DNA of 44,315 bases, from NCBI GenBank assembly GCA_964351795.1, contig CAYGQN010000001.1:1-44315 (forward strand), read 5' to 3'. Under the pieces are notes generated by a model. The model ran no database searches. It was not told the DNA's origin and saw only the letters and a list, made by a program, of their open reading frames with translations. The position numbers and the translations under genes are program-made. This document shows positions 1 to 8,064 of the stretch, in pieces. The stretch comes from an uncultured Gammaproteobacteria bacterium. Lineage in GTDB: Bacteria > Pseudomonadota > Gammaproteobacteria > JADZEE01. How positions within the stretch are numbered: position 1 is the stretch's first letter; each line of letters begins with the position of its first letter.

Positions 1-1
1 C

Positions 2-988
2 CTCATCGGTGCCGCCGGCGTGGGCGGGCCGACCATCGCCCAGGCCTGCGCCACCGGCGCGCGCGTTATCAGCGCCGCCGTGCAGGAGATCAAATCCGGC
101 GCCGCCGACTGCGTGCTCACCGTGACCACCGACCGCACCTCCAACGGCCCGCACATCTACTACCCGGACCCGACCGCCCCCGGCGGCACCGGCCGCCACG
201 AGAACTGGGTGCTGGACAACTTCTCCCGCGACCCCTTCGGCGGCACCGACATGACCCGCACCGCCGAGAACTGCGCCGCCAAGTGGGGCGTGGACACCGC
301 CGAGCAGCACGCCGTGGTGGTACGCCGCTACGAGCAGTACACCCAGGCGCTGGCCAACGACCACGCCTTCCAGAAGGGCTACATGGAGCTGCCCTTCGAC
401 ATCCCGGATGCGCGCTTTCGCAAGACCATCGGCCAGCTGGATGGCGACGAGGGCATCAAGCCCAGCACCCCCGACGGCCTGGCGAGGCTCAAGCCCGTGC
501 TGGAGGGCGGCACCGTGACCTTCGGCGGCCAGACCCACCCGGCCGACGGCGCCGCCGGCATGGTCATCACCACCAAGGACACCGCCAAGGAGCTGTCAAA
601 AGACCCGAACATCCGCATCACCCTGGAGGGCTTCGGCCTGGCCCGCACGGATGTGTCTTTCATGCCCGCCGCCACCATCCCGGCCGCGCAGCGCGCCCTG
701 GAAGCCGCCGACATCCGCATCAAGGACGTGACCGCCATCAACTCCCACAACCCCTTCGCGGTGAACGACATCATCTTCGCCCGCGACATGGGCTGGGACG
801 TGATGAACATGAACAACTACGGCTGCTCGCTGATCTGGGGCCACCCCCAGGGGCCCACCGGCACGCGCTCGGTGATAGAGCTCATCGAGGAGCTGGTGGC
901 CAGGGGCGGCGGCTACGGCCTGTTCGAAGGCTGCGCCGCCGGCGACACCGCCATGGCCGTGGTGGTGAAGGTAGAGGACAAGCGGTGA
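2..988 (+). CDS. thiolase-family acyl-CoA acetyltransferase (5' end lies outside the window)
   Basis: The frame is open from the window edge to TGA at 986-988. The product has thiolase-like elements: AQACATGA around the nucleophile Cys, NSHNPFA, GCSLIWGHPQGPTG and C-terminal EGCAAGDTAMAVVV. Codons are GC3-rich like the backbone. Confidence 0.8.
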   Translation, partial: LIGAAGVGGPTIAQACATGARVISAAVQEIKSGAADCVLTVTTDRTSNGPHIYYPDPTAPGGTGRHENWVLDNFSRDPFGGTDMTRTAENCAAKWGVDTAEQHAVVVRRYEQYTQALANDHAFQKGYMELPFDIPDARFRKTIGQLDGDEGIKPSTPDGLARLKPVLEGGTVTFGGQTHPADGAAGMVITTKDTAKELSKDPNIRITLEGFGLARTDVSFMPAATIPAAQRALEAADIRIKDVTAINSHNPFAVNDIIFARDMGWDVMNMNNYGCSLIWGHPQGPTGTRSVIELIEELVARGGGYGLFEGCAAGDTAMAVVVKVEDKR

Positions 989-2505
989 GCGAACTGCCAC
1001 GTGTGTACCCCACGGTGGTGCACATGCTGGCCGACACCGCGGCCCGCGTACCGGACCGTGAAGCCCTGGTGTGCGGCGAGGACAGGCTGAGCTACGCGCA
1101 TTACCTGGGCAGCGTCGCCACCTTCGCCAGCGCCCTGCTGGCACGCGGCGCCCGCGGCCAGCGCGTGGCGCTGCTGCTGGGCAACGGCGTGGACATCTGC
1201 ATTGCCATGTTCGCCGTGCACGCCGCCGGCGCCACCGCCGTACCGCTGAACCCCATGTACACCGAGCGCGAACTCACGCTCATCCTGGAAGACGCCGACG
1301 TGCACGTGCTGTTGTACGACGAAGGCTCGCAGGCCGTGGCCGGGCAGGTGGGCAGCGCGCTGGGCATACCGCACCGCCTTGGCCTGGGCAGCCTGCCCGA
1401 CCGCCACCTGCTGGGCCTGGCCGCCAGCGAGTACCCGCCGCTGCCCGAACCCCTGCCGGCCCCGGAGGACCTGGCCACCCTGCAGTACACCGGCGGCACC
1501 ACCGGCCGCAGCAAGGGCGTGGAACTGACCCACGGCGCCATCGCCACCAACATCGCCCAGCGCGAGGCACTGCTGCCCACGCGCCTGGACTGCGACCGCG
1601 AACTTTCCGTGATGCCGCTGTTCCACGTATACGGCGTGGCCATGTGCCTGCACCTGGCGCCCTACTGCGGCGCCACGCTGGTGATCGTGCCGCGCTACCG
1701 GCCCGAGTTCGTCAGCGACATCATTGAACGCGAGGCCATCACCGTCATCGCCGGCAGCCCCACCCTGTACGCCGGCCTGCTGAGCTACCCGCCCTTCCAG
1801 CACGTGGACATGGCGCGCGTGGACATCTGCTATTCCGGCGGCGCCGCCCTGCCCGCCGAAGTGCTGCGCCGCTGGGAAGCGCGCAGCAGCGCCAAGGTGA
1901 TTGAAGGCTACGGCCAGACCGAGGCCGGCCCCATCCTCACCTTCAACCCGCAGGAAGGCATTCGCAAAGCCGGCGCCGTGGGCCTGCCGCTGCCACAGAC
2001 CGACGTGCAGATAGTGGACGTGGAAACCGGCACCAGGGTGCTGCCCCCCGGCGAGCGCGGCGAGATACGCGCCCGCGGCCCGCAGATCATGCGCGGCTAC
2101 CGCAACCTGCCCGAGGAAACCGCGCAGGCCCTGCGCGAAGGCTGGCTGTACACCGGCGACATCGGCGAGTTCGACGAAGACGGCTACCTGTACATCCGCG
2201 ACCGCAAGAAGGACATGGTCATCGTCTCCGGCTTCAACGTGTACCCGCGCGAAGTGGAGGAAGTGCTGTACCTGCACCCGGACGTGCGCGAAGCCGCCGT
2301 CGTCGGCATCCCCGACGACTACCGCGGCGAAACCCTCAAGGCCGTCGTCTCACTGCGCGAGGACAGCACCGCCACCCCCGAGACCCTGCGCGAGCACTGC
2401 GCAACGCACCTCATCAAGTACAAGGTCCCCGCCCTGGTAGAAGTCCGCCCCGACCTGCCCAAGACCGGCGCCGGCAAGATCGACAAGAAGCCGCTGCGGG
2501 GGTAG
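985..2505 (+). CDS. AMP-dependent acyl-CoA synthetase/ligase (long-chain fatty-acid CoA ligase-like)
   Basis: The GTG start at 985 overlaps the thiolase stop (GTGA). AMP-binding signature LQYTGGTTGRSKGV, then GYGQTE, GDIGEFDEDGYLYIRDRKKD and C-terminal PKTGAGKIDKK. The longer ORF starting at 283 overlaps the thiolase in another frame and was not used. Confidence 0.85.
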   Translation: MSELPRVYPTVVHMLADTAARVPDREALVCGEDRLSYAHYLGSVATFASALLARGARGQRVALLLGNGVDICIAMFAVHAAGATAVPLNPMYTERELTLILEDADVHVLLYDEGSQAVAGQVGSALGIPHRLGLGSLPDRHLLGLAASEYPPLPEPLPAPEDLATLQYTGGTTGRSKGVELTHGAIATNIAQREALLPTRLDCDRELSVMPLFHVYGVAMCLHLAPYCGATLVIVPRYRPEFVSDIIEREAITVIAGSPTLYAGLLSYPPFQHVDMARVDICYSGGAALPAEVLRRWEARSSAKVIEGYGQTEAGPILTFNPQEGIRKAGAVGLPLPQTDVQIVDVETGTRVLPPGERGEIRARGPQIMRGYRNLPEETAQALREGWLYTGDIGEFDEDGYLYIRDRKKDMVIVSGFNVYPREVEEVLYLHPDVREAAVVGIPDDYRGETLKAVVSLREDSTATPETLREHCATHLIKYKVPALVEVRPDLPKTGAGKIDKKPLRG

Positions 2506-2782
2506 GTTTAGCGGCGCGGCAGCGCCCCGTAACGAGACGGCATTCAGCAACCAGTTCTACAAGCCGCACGCACCGCGCCAAACACCTTAAGCGGCAAACA
2601 TCCTGGGCATTATGCAGCAGCGCTTTCCGAGGGTTAGGCTTTGGGCCATCGGGTTGTTGGATGATCCGCAGATTTCAAAGGTACTGCCCTCCACACTTGG
2701 TAGTGCGGCGTTCCGCAACAGCTTCGGGCGATACCGTTGTTGAGCCTTCGCGGCAAATAGTAAGCAGTTGATGCTCTTCCAG

Positions 2783-2811
2783 TTCCAAGTGGACTTGCAA
2801 CAATTTACAAT
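2783..2811 (+). promoter_or_regulatory. putative sigma70-type promoter of the methyltransferase (TTCCAA-17 nt-TACAAT), giving a nearly leaderless mRNA
   Basis: TACAAT at 2806-2811 lies 6 nt before the ATG at 2818. TTCCAA at 2783-2788 gives a 17-nt spacer. There is no properly spaced Shine-Dalgarno. This rests on pattern match only. Confidence 0.3.
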
Positions 2812-2817
2812 GCAGGA

Positions 2818-3543
2818 ATGCCCCGATGCTTAGTGAACACTGGTGATGCTATTTCCTGGCTGCAGAAACTCGACGATGCATCCGTAGATCTAGTAATAAC
2901 CGACCCACCCTATGAGTCCTTGGAAAAACACCGTTCGGTCGGAACGACCACACGCCTAAAGCATAGTAAGGCGTCAAGCAACGACTGGTTCGAAATCTTC
3001 TCAAATTCTCGCTTCGATGAACTTTTTTCCGAGTGTTTCCGCATTCTAAAAAAGAATCGACATCTATATCTATTTTGCGATCAAGAGACAATGTTCGTCG
3101 CTAAGCCCATCGCCGAGGAAATAGGCTTTAGGTTTTGGAAACCGCTCGTCTGGGACAAAATGAAGATCGGCATGGGGTATCACTATAGAGCAAGGTATGA
3201 ACTCATACTTTTTTTCGAGAAAGGCAAACGCAAGCTTAACGACTCGAGTATACCGGACATAATTCAAGTGCCGAGAATTCATCGCGGTTACCCAACAGAG
3301 AAACCAGTGGCCGTTTCCGAGGTTCTCGTGTCCCAAAGCTCTACCGCTGGAGAATTAATTGTCGATCCCTTCATGGGATCCGGTAGCGTGGGCGTGGCGG
3401 CGTTGACGCTAGGTCGCAACTTCATGGGCAACGATTTATGCGAAGAGGCAGTTACTGTAGCTATAGAGAGATTTAGGGAGATTCCGGCAACGTCGGTTAA
3501 TTCGTACAACTGGGGACACGAAACCTTGCCTTTAGATTTTTAG
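2818..3543 (+). CDS. beta-class N6-adenine/N4-cytosine DNA methyltransferase (N6_N4_Mtase-type), no adjacent endonuclease
   Basis: Motif IV (VITDPPYES, aa 27-35) precedes motif I (VDPFMGSGSVG, near aa 183-193). This permuted order is typical of beta-class MTases. TEKP lies upstream of motif I. G+C is much lower than the flanks. Confidence 0.85.
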   Translation: MPRCLVNTGDAISWLQKLDDASVDLVITDPPYESLEKHRSVGTTTRLKHSKASSNDWFEIFSNSRFDELFSECFRILKKNRHLYLFCDQETMFVAKPIAEEIGFRFWKPLVWDKMKIGMGYHYRARYELILFFEKGKRKLNDSSIPDIIQVPRIHRGYPTEKPVAVSEVLVSQSSTAGELIVDPFMGSGSVGVAALTLGRNFMGNDLCEEAVTVAIERFREIPATSVNSYNWGHETLPLDF

Positions 3544-3606
3544 CAACTGGTTTATCTGGCAAGAAATTGCGTCTTCCCATTCGCCAGGGTCCAAGAGGAT
3601 ATTGGA

Positions 3607-4683
3607 ATGGCATTAACACGCGGTGCTAGAAAGCTGTACGACTGGCTAAAGGATCAAAGCGCGGGGAGGGTTGTCCCGTTCGAGGAGGTTATGGCTATCA
3701 CCCGTTGGTCAGACGTCTCGCTTCGTACATATTTACGGAAGAACAAAGTCGCTCCGTTTCTCCAACCGCTTCAAGACCGCCAACTTAAGGTGCTCATGGA
3801 TGGCGCTGAAATTAGCGAAGCTTTCTTCGACGAAACCTTCACGCAAACGGCACCGCGAACAATATCGTTCGCTGCTGCGGACCAGCTTAACGGCGAGCAT
3901 GGCGAATACGAACTAATCGAGCCGCTTGGGAATGGAGCAGTTGGCCACGTTTGGTCCGCGAAGACTAGTGGGGAGACCACCTTGGTAGCGGCTAAGATAA
4001 TGCTACCAAGGCTTGATCTCTTGCAAGATTCGAAACTCCCAAACGTACGCGAGCGATTTAGAAAGGAGGCACGAAACGGCCAAGCGCTTACACATCCGAA
4101 TGTCGTTCGATATCTCGATCTAGGAAACATCGAGAAGAATCCGTTTCTGGTGATGGAGCTCGCAGATCGATCAATTGCTGACCTCATTAGGGAAATGAAG
4201 GTCGTTCCCGAGGAGGAAGCCGCGGAGATTGTCGACTGCGCTTTGAATGCTCTCGAATATCTACATTCCAAGGGGTGTCCACACCGGGACGTTAAACCGG
4301 CCAATTTGCTTGAGTTCCACGACACGATAAAGCTAGGCGATCTCGGAATTGTGAAATGGAGTGACTTCGATCCTGCCTTCACAAAAGGGGGGACGATTAC
4401 TCGTCAATCCGTCCAACTAGGATCGTGGTTCTACATGGCCCCTGAACAACAGGAATCTCCGCATGATGCGGTGGAAGCCTCCGACATCTACGCGCTCGCT
4501 GTAACGTGGATCGAAATGTTGGTTGGCACCTTACCGTCGCCGCAGGCCATTGGAGCGGTGGCTTACAAGATTAGGAATGCCGCTCAACCGATTCAGGAGC
4601 TAATCCAACGCATGCATTCATACGATCCAGCAGAGCGACCGCCAATTCAGGAGATTCGCGAAATCATTCAGACGACTTACTGA
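3607..4683 (+). CDS. Hanks-type Ser/Thr protein kinase with an uncharacterised ~100 aa N-terminal domain
   Basis: AGAGGA RBS about 8 nt upstream of the ATG. G-loop LGNGAVGHV, VAAK (Lys130), E in FRKEARNG, catalytic loop HRDVKPANLL (Asp228), DLG (Asp245), MAPE, DIYALAVTWIEM and DPAERP. Residues 1-100 match nothing I recognise. Low G+C; 63 nt downstream of the MTase on the same strand. Confidence 0.85.
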   Translation: MALTRGARKLYDWLKDQSAGRVVPFEEVMAITRWSDVSLRTYLRKNKVAPFLQPLQDRQLKVLMDGAEISEAFFDETFTQTAPRTISFAAADQLNGEHGEYELIEPLGNGAVGHVWSAKTSGETTLVAAKIMLPRLDLLQDSKLPNVRERFRKEARNGQALTHPNVVRYLDLGNIEKNPFLVMELADRSIADLIREMKVVPEEEAAEIVDCALNALEYLHSKGCPHRDVKPANLLEFHDTIKLGDLGIVKWSDFDPAFTKGGTITRQSVQLGSWFYMAPEQQESPHDAVEASDIYALAVTWIEMLVGTLPSPQAIGAVAYKIRNAAQPIQELIQRMHSYDPAERPPIQEIREIIQTTY

Positions 4684-4735
4684 AAATATTTTGGTTCAAA
4701 GCGGATCCTTAAAAAGCTAACGTCAGCCGCGTATA

Positions 4736-5371
4736 TTACATTTTGGCGGGATCTACTTTGTCTTGTTCACGGAATTTTTCCCGCAGTCTTATTGTACTCG
4801 GCAGTTGGCCGACACGAATTGGCGCACCGCCGATTGAATGGCAGTAGTGTTTCTCCCCATTATTCGGAATCACGCCGCCCTGGATAGCGAAAAGCCCCAT
4901 CAAACGATTACCCAAGTTGGTCGGATGCGCTTCTGGCATGTAGGAATAATGACCAAATAGATCGGCCAGGCTTTCGGCCATGTATTTTGGCCGACCATCA
5001 CCAGACTGGAAGCCGAGAATGTCCTCTGCATAACGGATCAATTCCGCGCATGCTGATTTCCCGTCAATTACCGGCTTGGGCGGATATACGTATAGGTGCA
5101 CAGCAATTTGCTCTGGCCAAACATAGACGTATTCGTGGAGGGCATTATCTCCGAGGCTAGGTGGCCTATTCAATATCCAATAGGGATGGCTATTAGACGC
5201 TTCAATTTTTCGTTGAATTTCGAATACCCCTTTATCCATCAATGTTGTAGGGGCATTGATAAGATACGATATTGTCGGATCTGTCGCGTCGCGGTCGGCA
5301 CTTACCGATGATTCGGCAGCTACCGCTAAGGCAAGCATGGCGGTTCCAAAATATCGGATTCGAATTAGCAT
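4736..5371 (-). CDS. hypothetical secreted protein (N-terminal signal peptide)
   Basis: 211-217 aa ORF; an alternative start lies at 5389. Signal-like N-terminus MLIRIRYFGTAMLALAVAAESS. Low G+C; convergent with the kinase gene. No family recognised. Confidence 0.55.
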   Translation of the reverse strand: MLIRIRYFGTAMLALAVAAESSVSADRDATDPTISYLINAPTTLMDKGVFEIQRKIEASNSHPYWILNRPPSLGDNALHEYVYVWPEQIAVHLYVYPPKPVIDGKSACAELIRYAEDILGFQSGDGRPKYMAESLADLFGHYSYMPEAHPTNLGNRLMGLFAIQGGVIPNNGEKHYCHSIGGAPIRVGQLPSTIRLREKFREQDKVDPAKM

Positions 5372-5730
5372 GGGAGCACCCGCCTCCATTTCTTAGCATT
5401 CACAACGGGGGCGACTAGAGCGCTCGCCTCGTGCGATTGGACGATAATATGCGCTTCCTTAAAGATAGGCTACATGCTCTGGAGTGACAGAATAAGATGA
5501 AAACGACGCACCCATTCACCGGGGTTCTCATCGTGTTAGGGTGTTGCTACTAGCTGTGGATGGCCTTTTAGACTTGCAGCTTCGCGATTTGATCGATGGC
5601 ATTATCCCTCGCTTTTAATTGGCCGGTCGGCGCATGATGTTTCGGCCTCAACATTGGTTAAAATCTCTTTTTCGGTTATGTGTTGGGCGTCTTCTTCCAA
5701 TTTCATTGCAACATTTGTGAGTTCTTAGTG

Positions 5731-6102
5731 ATGGAGAGCTGCAAGATCTTATTGCTTATCTTGGCTTTTTTTTCGCCGATTACCCACGCGGAACTGATGA
5801 AGGTTCAGGACTTGCGGGGATTGCTCGATCTCGGAGAAGGGGGCGAAGCTATAGTTACGGCCTATGTGCAAGGTGTCATCGAAGGCATGGTCGGATTGGA
5901 TTCACTGAGAAAAAAAGAGCGTAACTCCCCGTACGATTTCTGCAAGATGCATGCTGACCTAGGTAAAGGACAACCGGCGCAAGAGCATCCCGCCAGTAAG
6001 GCAAGGTTTCTTGTCATCACGTGGGAGAAGAACGGTTATCCGATGGACACGCTCGCGGTTGATATGGTCTTGGCGTTTATGACGCAGAAGTACGGCTGTT
6101 GA
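5731..6102 (+). CDS. small secreted protein, possibly Rap1a/Tai4-like immunity-type fold
   Basis: Signal peptide MESCKILLLILAFFSPITHA|ELM when started at ATG 5731; the ORF is open from 5680. The mature part (YVQGVIEGM...FC...LAVDMVLAFMTQKYGC) resembles the Y-x-x-G...C...A-x-x-x-V-x-x-A...C layout I recall for Rap1a-type immunity proteins. The family call is tentative. Confidence 0.5.
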   Translation: MESCKILLLILAFFSPITHAELMKVQDLRGLLDLGEGGEAIVTAYVQGVIEGMVGLDSLRKKERNSPYDFCKMHADLGKGQPAQEHPASKARFLVITWEKNGYPMDTLAVDMVLAFMTQKYGC

Positions 6103-6176
6103 TCCCGATATTTCTTTGACGGGATTTGTTAACCAACGTCGGATTTGGTCCTGTTAGCCAAAAAGCCCGTTGCAGC

Positions 6177-7649
6177 TCAGCCACCGCTGGCGGCCTCGAA
6201 GTTGGCCAGTGCTGAGCGGAGGTTTTCGAGGATCTCCTCCGCGAGGACTTCCGGTTCGGGCAGGTTGTCGAGGTCGGTCATGGAAGCATCGCGCAGCCAG
6301 AACAGGTCGAGGCTGGCCTTGTCGCGGGCCAGCAGTTCCTCGCGGTCGTAGGCGCGCCAGCGCTCGTCCGGGGTCTGCTCGCTCCAGGTGGGCTGGCGTT
6401 CGTGGCGGTTGGCCGGTTTGTAGCAGGCGACGAAATCTTCCAGGTGTGTGTAGGTCAGGGGCTTCTGCTTCAGGGTGTGGTGCACGTTGGTGCGGTAGTC
6501 GTAGTACCAGACCTTGCTGGTCTGCGGGTCCGGGCTGGCGGCACGGTTGTCGAAGAAGATGACATTGGCCTTCACGCCCTGGGCGTAGAAGATGCCGGTG
6601 GGCAGGCGCAGGATGGTGTGCAGATCAGTGGTCTGCAGGAGCTTGCGGCGGATGGTTTCACCGGCGCCGCCTTCGAACAGCACGTTGTCCGGAACGACCA
6701 CGGCGGCGCGGCCGGTTGTTTTCAGCATGGTGCGGATGTGCTGGACGAAGTTCAGCTGCTTGTTTGAGGTAGTCGCCCAGAAATCCTGGCGGTTGTAGGT
6801 GAGATCGTCGGTTTCCTGCTCGCCTTCGGCATTGGTGAAGCTCATCGAGCTCTTCTTGCCAAACGGCGGATTGGCCAGAACGTAGTCGAAGGTCTCGGCC
6901 GGCGGGGAGATGAGCGCATCGGCTGGAGATACCAATGTGTCGCCCGTCATTTCGCCGATACCGTGCAGGAACATGTTCATCAGGCACAGGCGCCGTGTGC
7001 CGGCAACGATCTCGTTGCCGAAAAAGGTCGAGTGCTTGAGGAAGCTTTTCTGCTCCTTGTCGAGGGCGTGATGGTCTGGGTCCGTCAGGAAGTCATGCGC
7101 GGCCAGGAAGAAGCCCCCGGTACCGCAGGCCGGATCGGCAATGGTCTTGCCGGGCTCTGGTCGCACACACTCCACCATGGCGCGGATCAGGGCACGCGGG
7201 GTGAAGTACTGCCCGGCACCTGATTTGGTGTCCTCGGCGTTGCGCTCCAGAAGGCCTTCATAGATGTCACCCTTCACGTCGGCGCCCAGCGTCACCCACT
7301 TGGTGCCGTCCACCATGTCGATCAGGCGGAACAGCTTGGCGGGGTCGGTGATCTTGTTCTGCGCCTTGGTAAAAATCTGCCCCAGCATGCCCTTCTGCTC
7401 GCCCAGCCTGCGCAGCAGCATCACGTAGTGGGCCTCCAGCTCCGCGCCACGGCGAGTGGTGAGGCTGGTCCAGTCGAACCCTGCAGGAATGCCAACATCG
7501 CGGCTGTAGGGTGGTTGTGCGTACTCATCGGCCATCTTCAGGAAGATGAGGTAGGTCAGTTGCTCCAGGTAGTCGCCATAGCCGACACCGTCATCGCGCA
7601 GGGTGGTGCAGAAACTCCAGACCTTCGAGACGATGGGTGCGGTACTCAT
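6177..7649 (-). CDS. hsdM: type I restriction-modification system, DNA methyltransferase subunit M
   Basis: N-terminus MSTAPIVSKVWSFCTTLRDDGVGYGDYLEQLTYLIFLKMADE is HsdM_N-like. AdoMet motif DPACGTGGF and catalytic LANPPFGKK. Start chosen at ATG 7649; an alternative ATG is at 7661 and the ORF is open to 7787. Confidence 0.93.
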   Translation of the reverse strand: MSTAPIVSKVWSFCTTLRDDGVGYGDYLEQLTYLIFLKMADEYAQPPYSRDVGIPAGFDWTSLTTRRGAELEAHYVMLLRRLGEQKGMLGQIFTKAQNKITDPAKLFRLIDMVDGTKWVTLGADVKGDIYEGLLERNAEDTKSGAGQYFTPRALIRAMVECVRPEPGKTIADPACGTGGFFLAAHDFLTDPDHHALDKEQKSFLKHSTFFGNEIVAGTRRLCLMNMFLHGIGEMTGDTLVSPADALISPPAETFDYVLANPPFGKKSSMSFTNAEGEQETDDLTYNRQDFWATTSNKQLNFVQHIRTMLKTTGRAAVVVPDNVLFEGGAGETIRRKLLQTTDLHTILRLPTGIFYAQGVKANVIFFDNRAASPDPQTSKVWYYDYRTNVHHTLKQKPLTYTHLEDFVACYKPANRHERQPTWSEQTPDERWRAYDREELLARDKASLDLFWLRDASMTDLDNLPEPEVLAEEILENLRSALANFEAASGG

Positions 7650-7725
7650 GTGGTTTTCCATGGTTTGATGACGGATTGGCCTGCATCCCCTAAAGGGCCG
7701 CAGACAACGGTCTGCTCGAACACTT

Positions 7726-7989
7726 TCACGGTTCATCCCCTGCTGGCAAATCCGCTGGAGTGAGATCCGCGGGTTCGATAAGCACACCGTTGCGAGAGAT
7801 TTCCGGGAAATTCACGTCCGGCCTGCGGGCGAATGCGACCACCACGTCACCCAGGCGCACGGTCGGGCGGGTGGCTTCATCGAGAATGCGATGAGCAGCA
7901 TCTTCAACGCTGATTCCATGTTCGGCGGCATACCGCCTGATGCGGCGATACAAACCCTCGGGGACGTTACTTATGGTCAGGGCTGGCAC
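7726..7989 (-). CDS. FitA/VapB-like ribbon-helix-helix (Arc/MetJ-type) protein, orphan antitoxin-like, embedded in the hsd operon
   Basis: PALTISNVPEGLYRRIRRYAAEHGISVEDAAHRILDEA...VRLGDVVVAF resembles the FitA-type layout I recall: beta-strand, two helices, then a VRLG tail. Probable GTG start at 7989; the ORF is open to 8025. No PIN toxin follows it. Confidence 0.6.
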   Translation of the reverse strand: MPALTISNVPEGLYRRIRRYAAEHGISVEDAAHRILDEATRPTVRLGDVVVAFARRPDVNFPEISRNGVLIEPADLTPADLPAGDEP

Positions 7990-8064
7990 AGCACGGCTCC
8001 TGCGGAAATGGCGGCAGGCGTCCATCTCACTGCGATGTCAGGGGAATGACAAGACAATGTCATA

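Noticed and set aside
283-984. N-terminal 234 codons of the 740-aa ORF 283..2505
   Set aside because: This part overlaps the thiolase gene in another frame and translates to Arg/Pro/His-rich low-complexity sequence. Ligase homology begins only at the GTG at 985.
913-2277. 454-aa minus-strand ORF antisense to the acyl-CoA ligase
   Set aside because: A typical high-G+C shadow ORF with Ala/Gly/Val/His-rich nonsense sequence. The opposite strand carries clear AMP-binding motifs.
2551-2817. About 60-codon open frame on the minus strand in the left island border
   Set aside because: It has no start codon or RBS, and its translation (…LLFAAKAQQRYRPKLLRNAALPSVEGSTFEICGSS…) matches nothing I recognise. 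It is treated as border or non-coding DNA.
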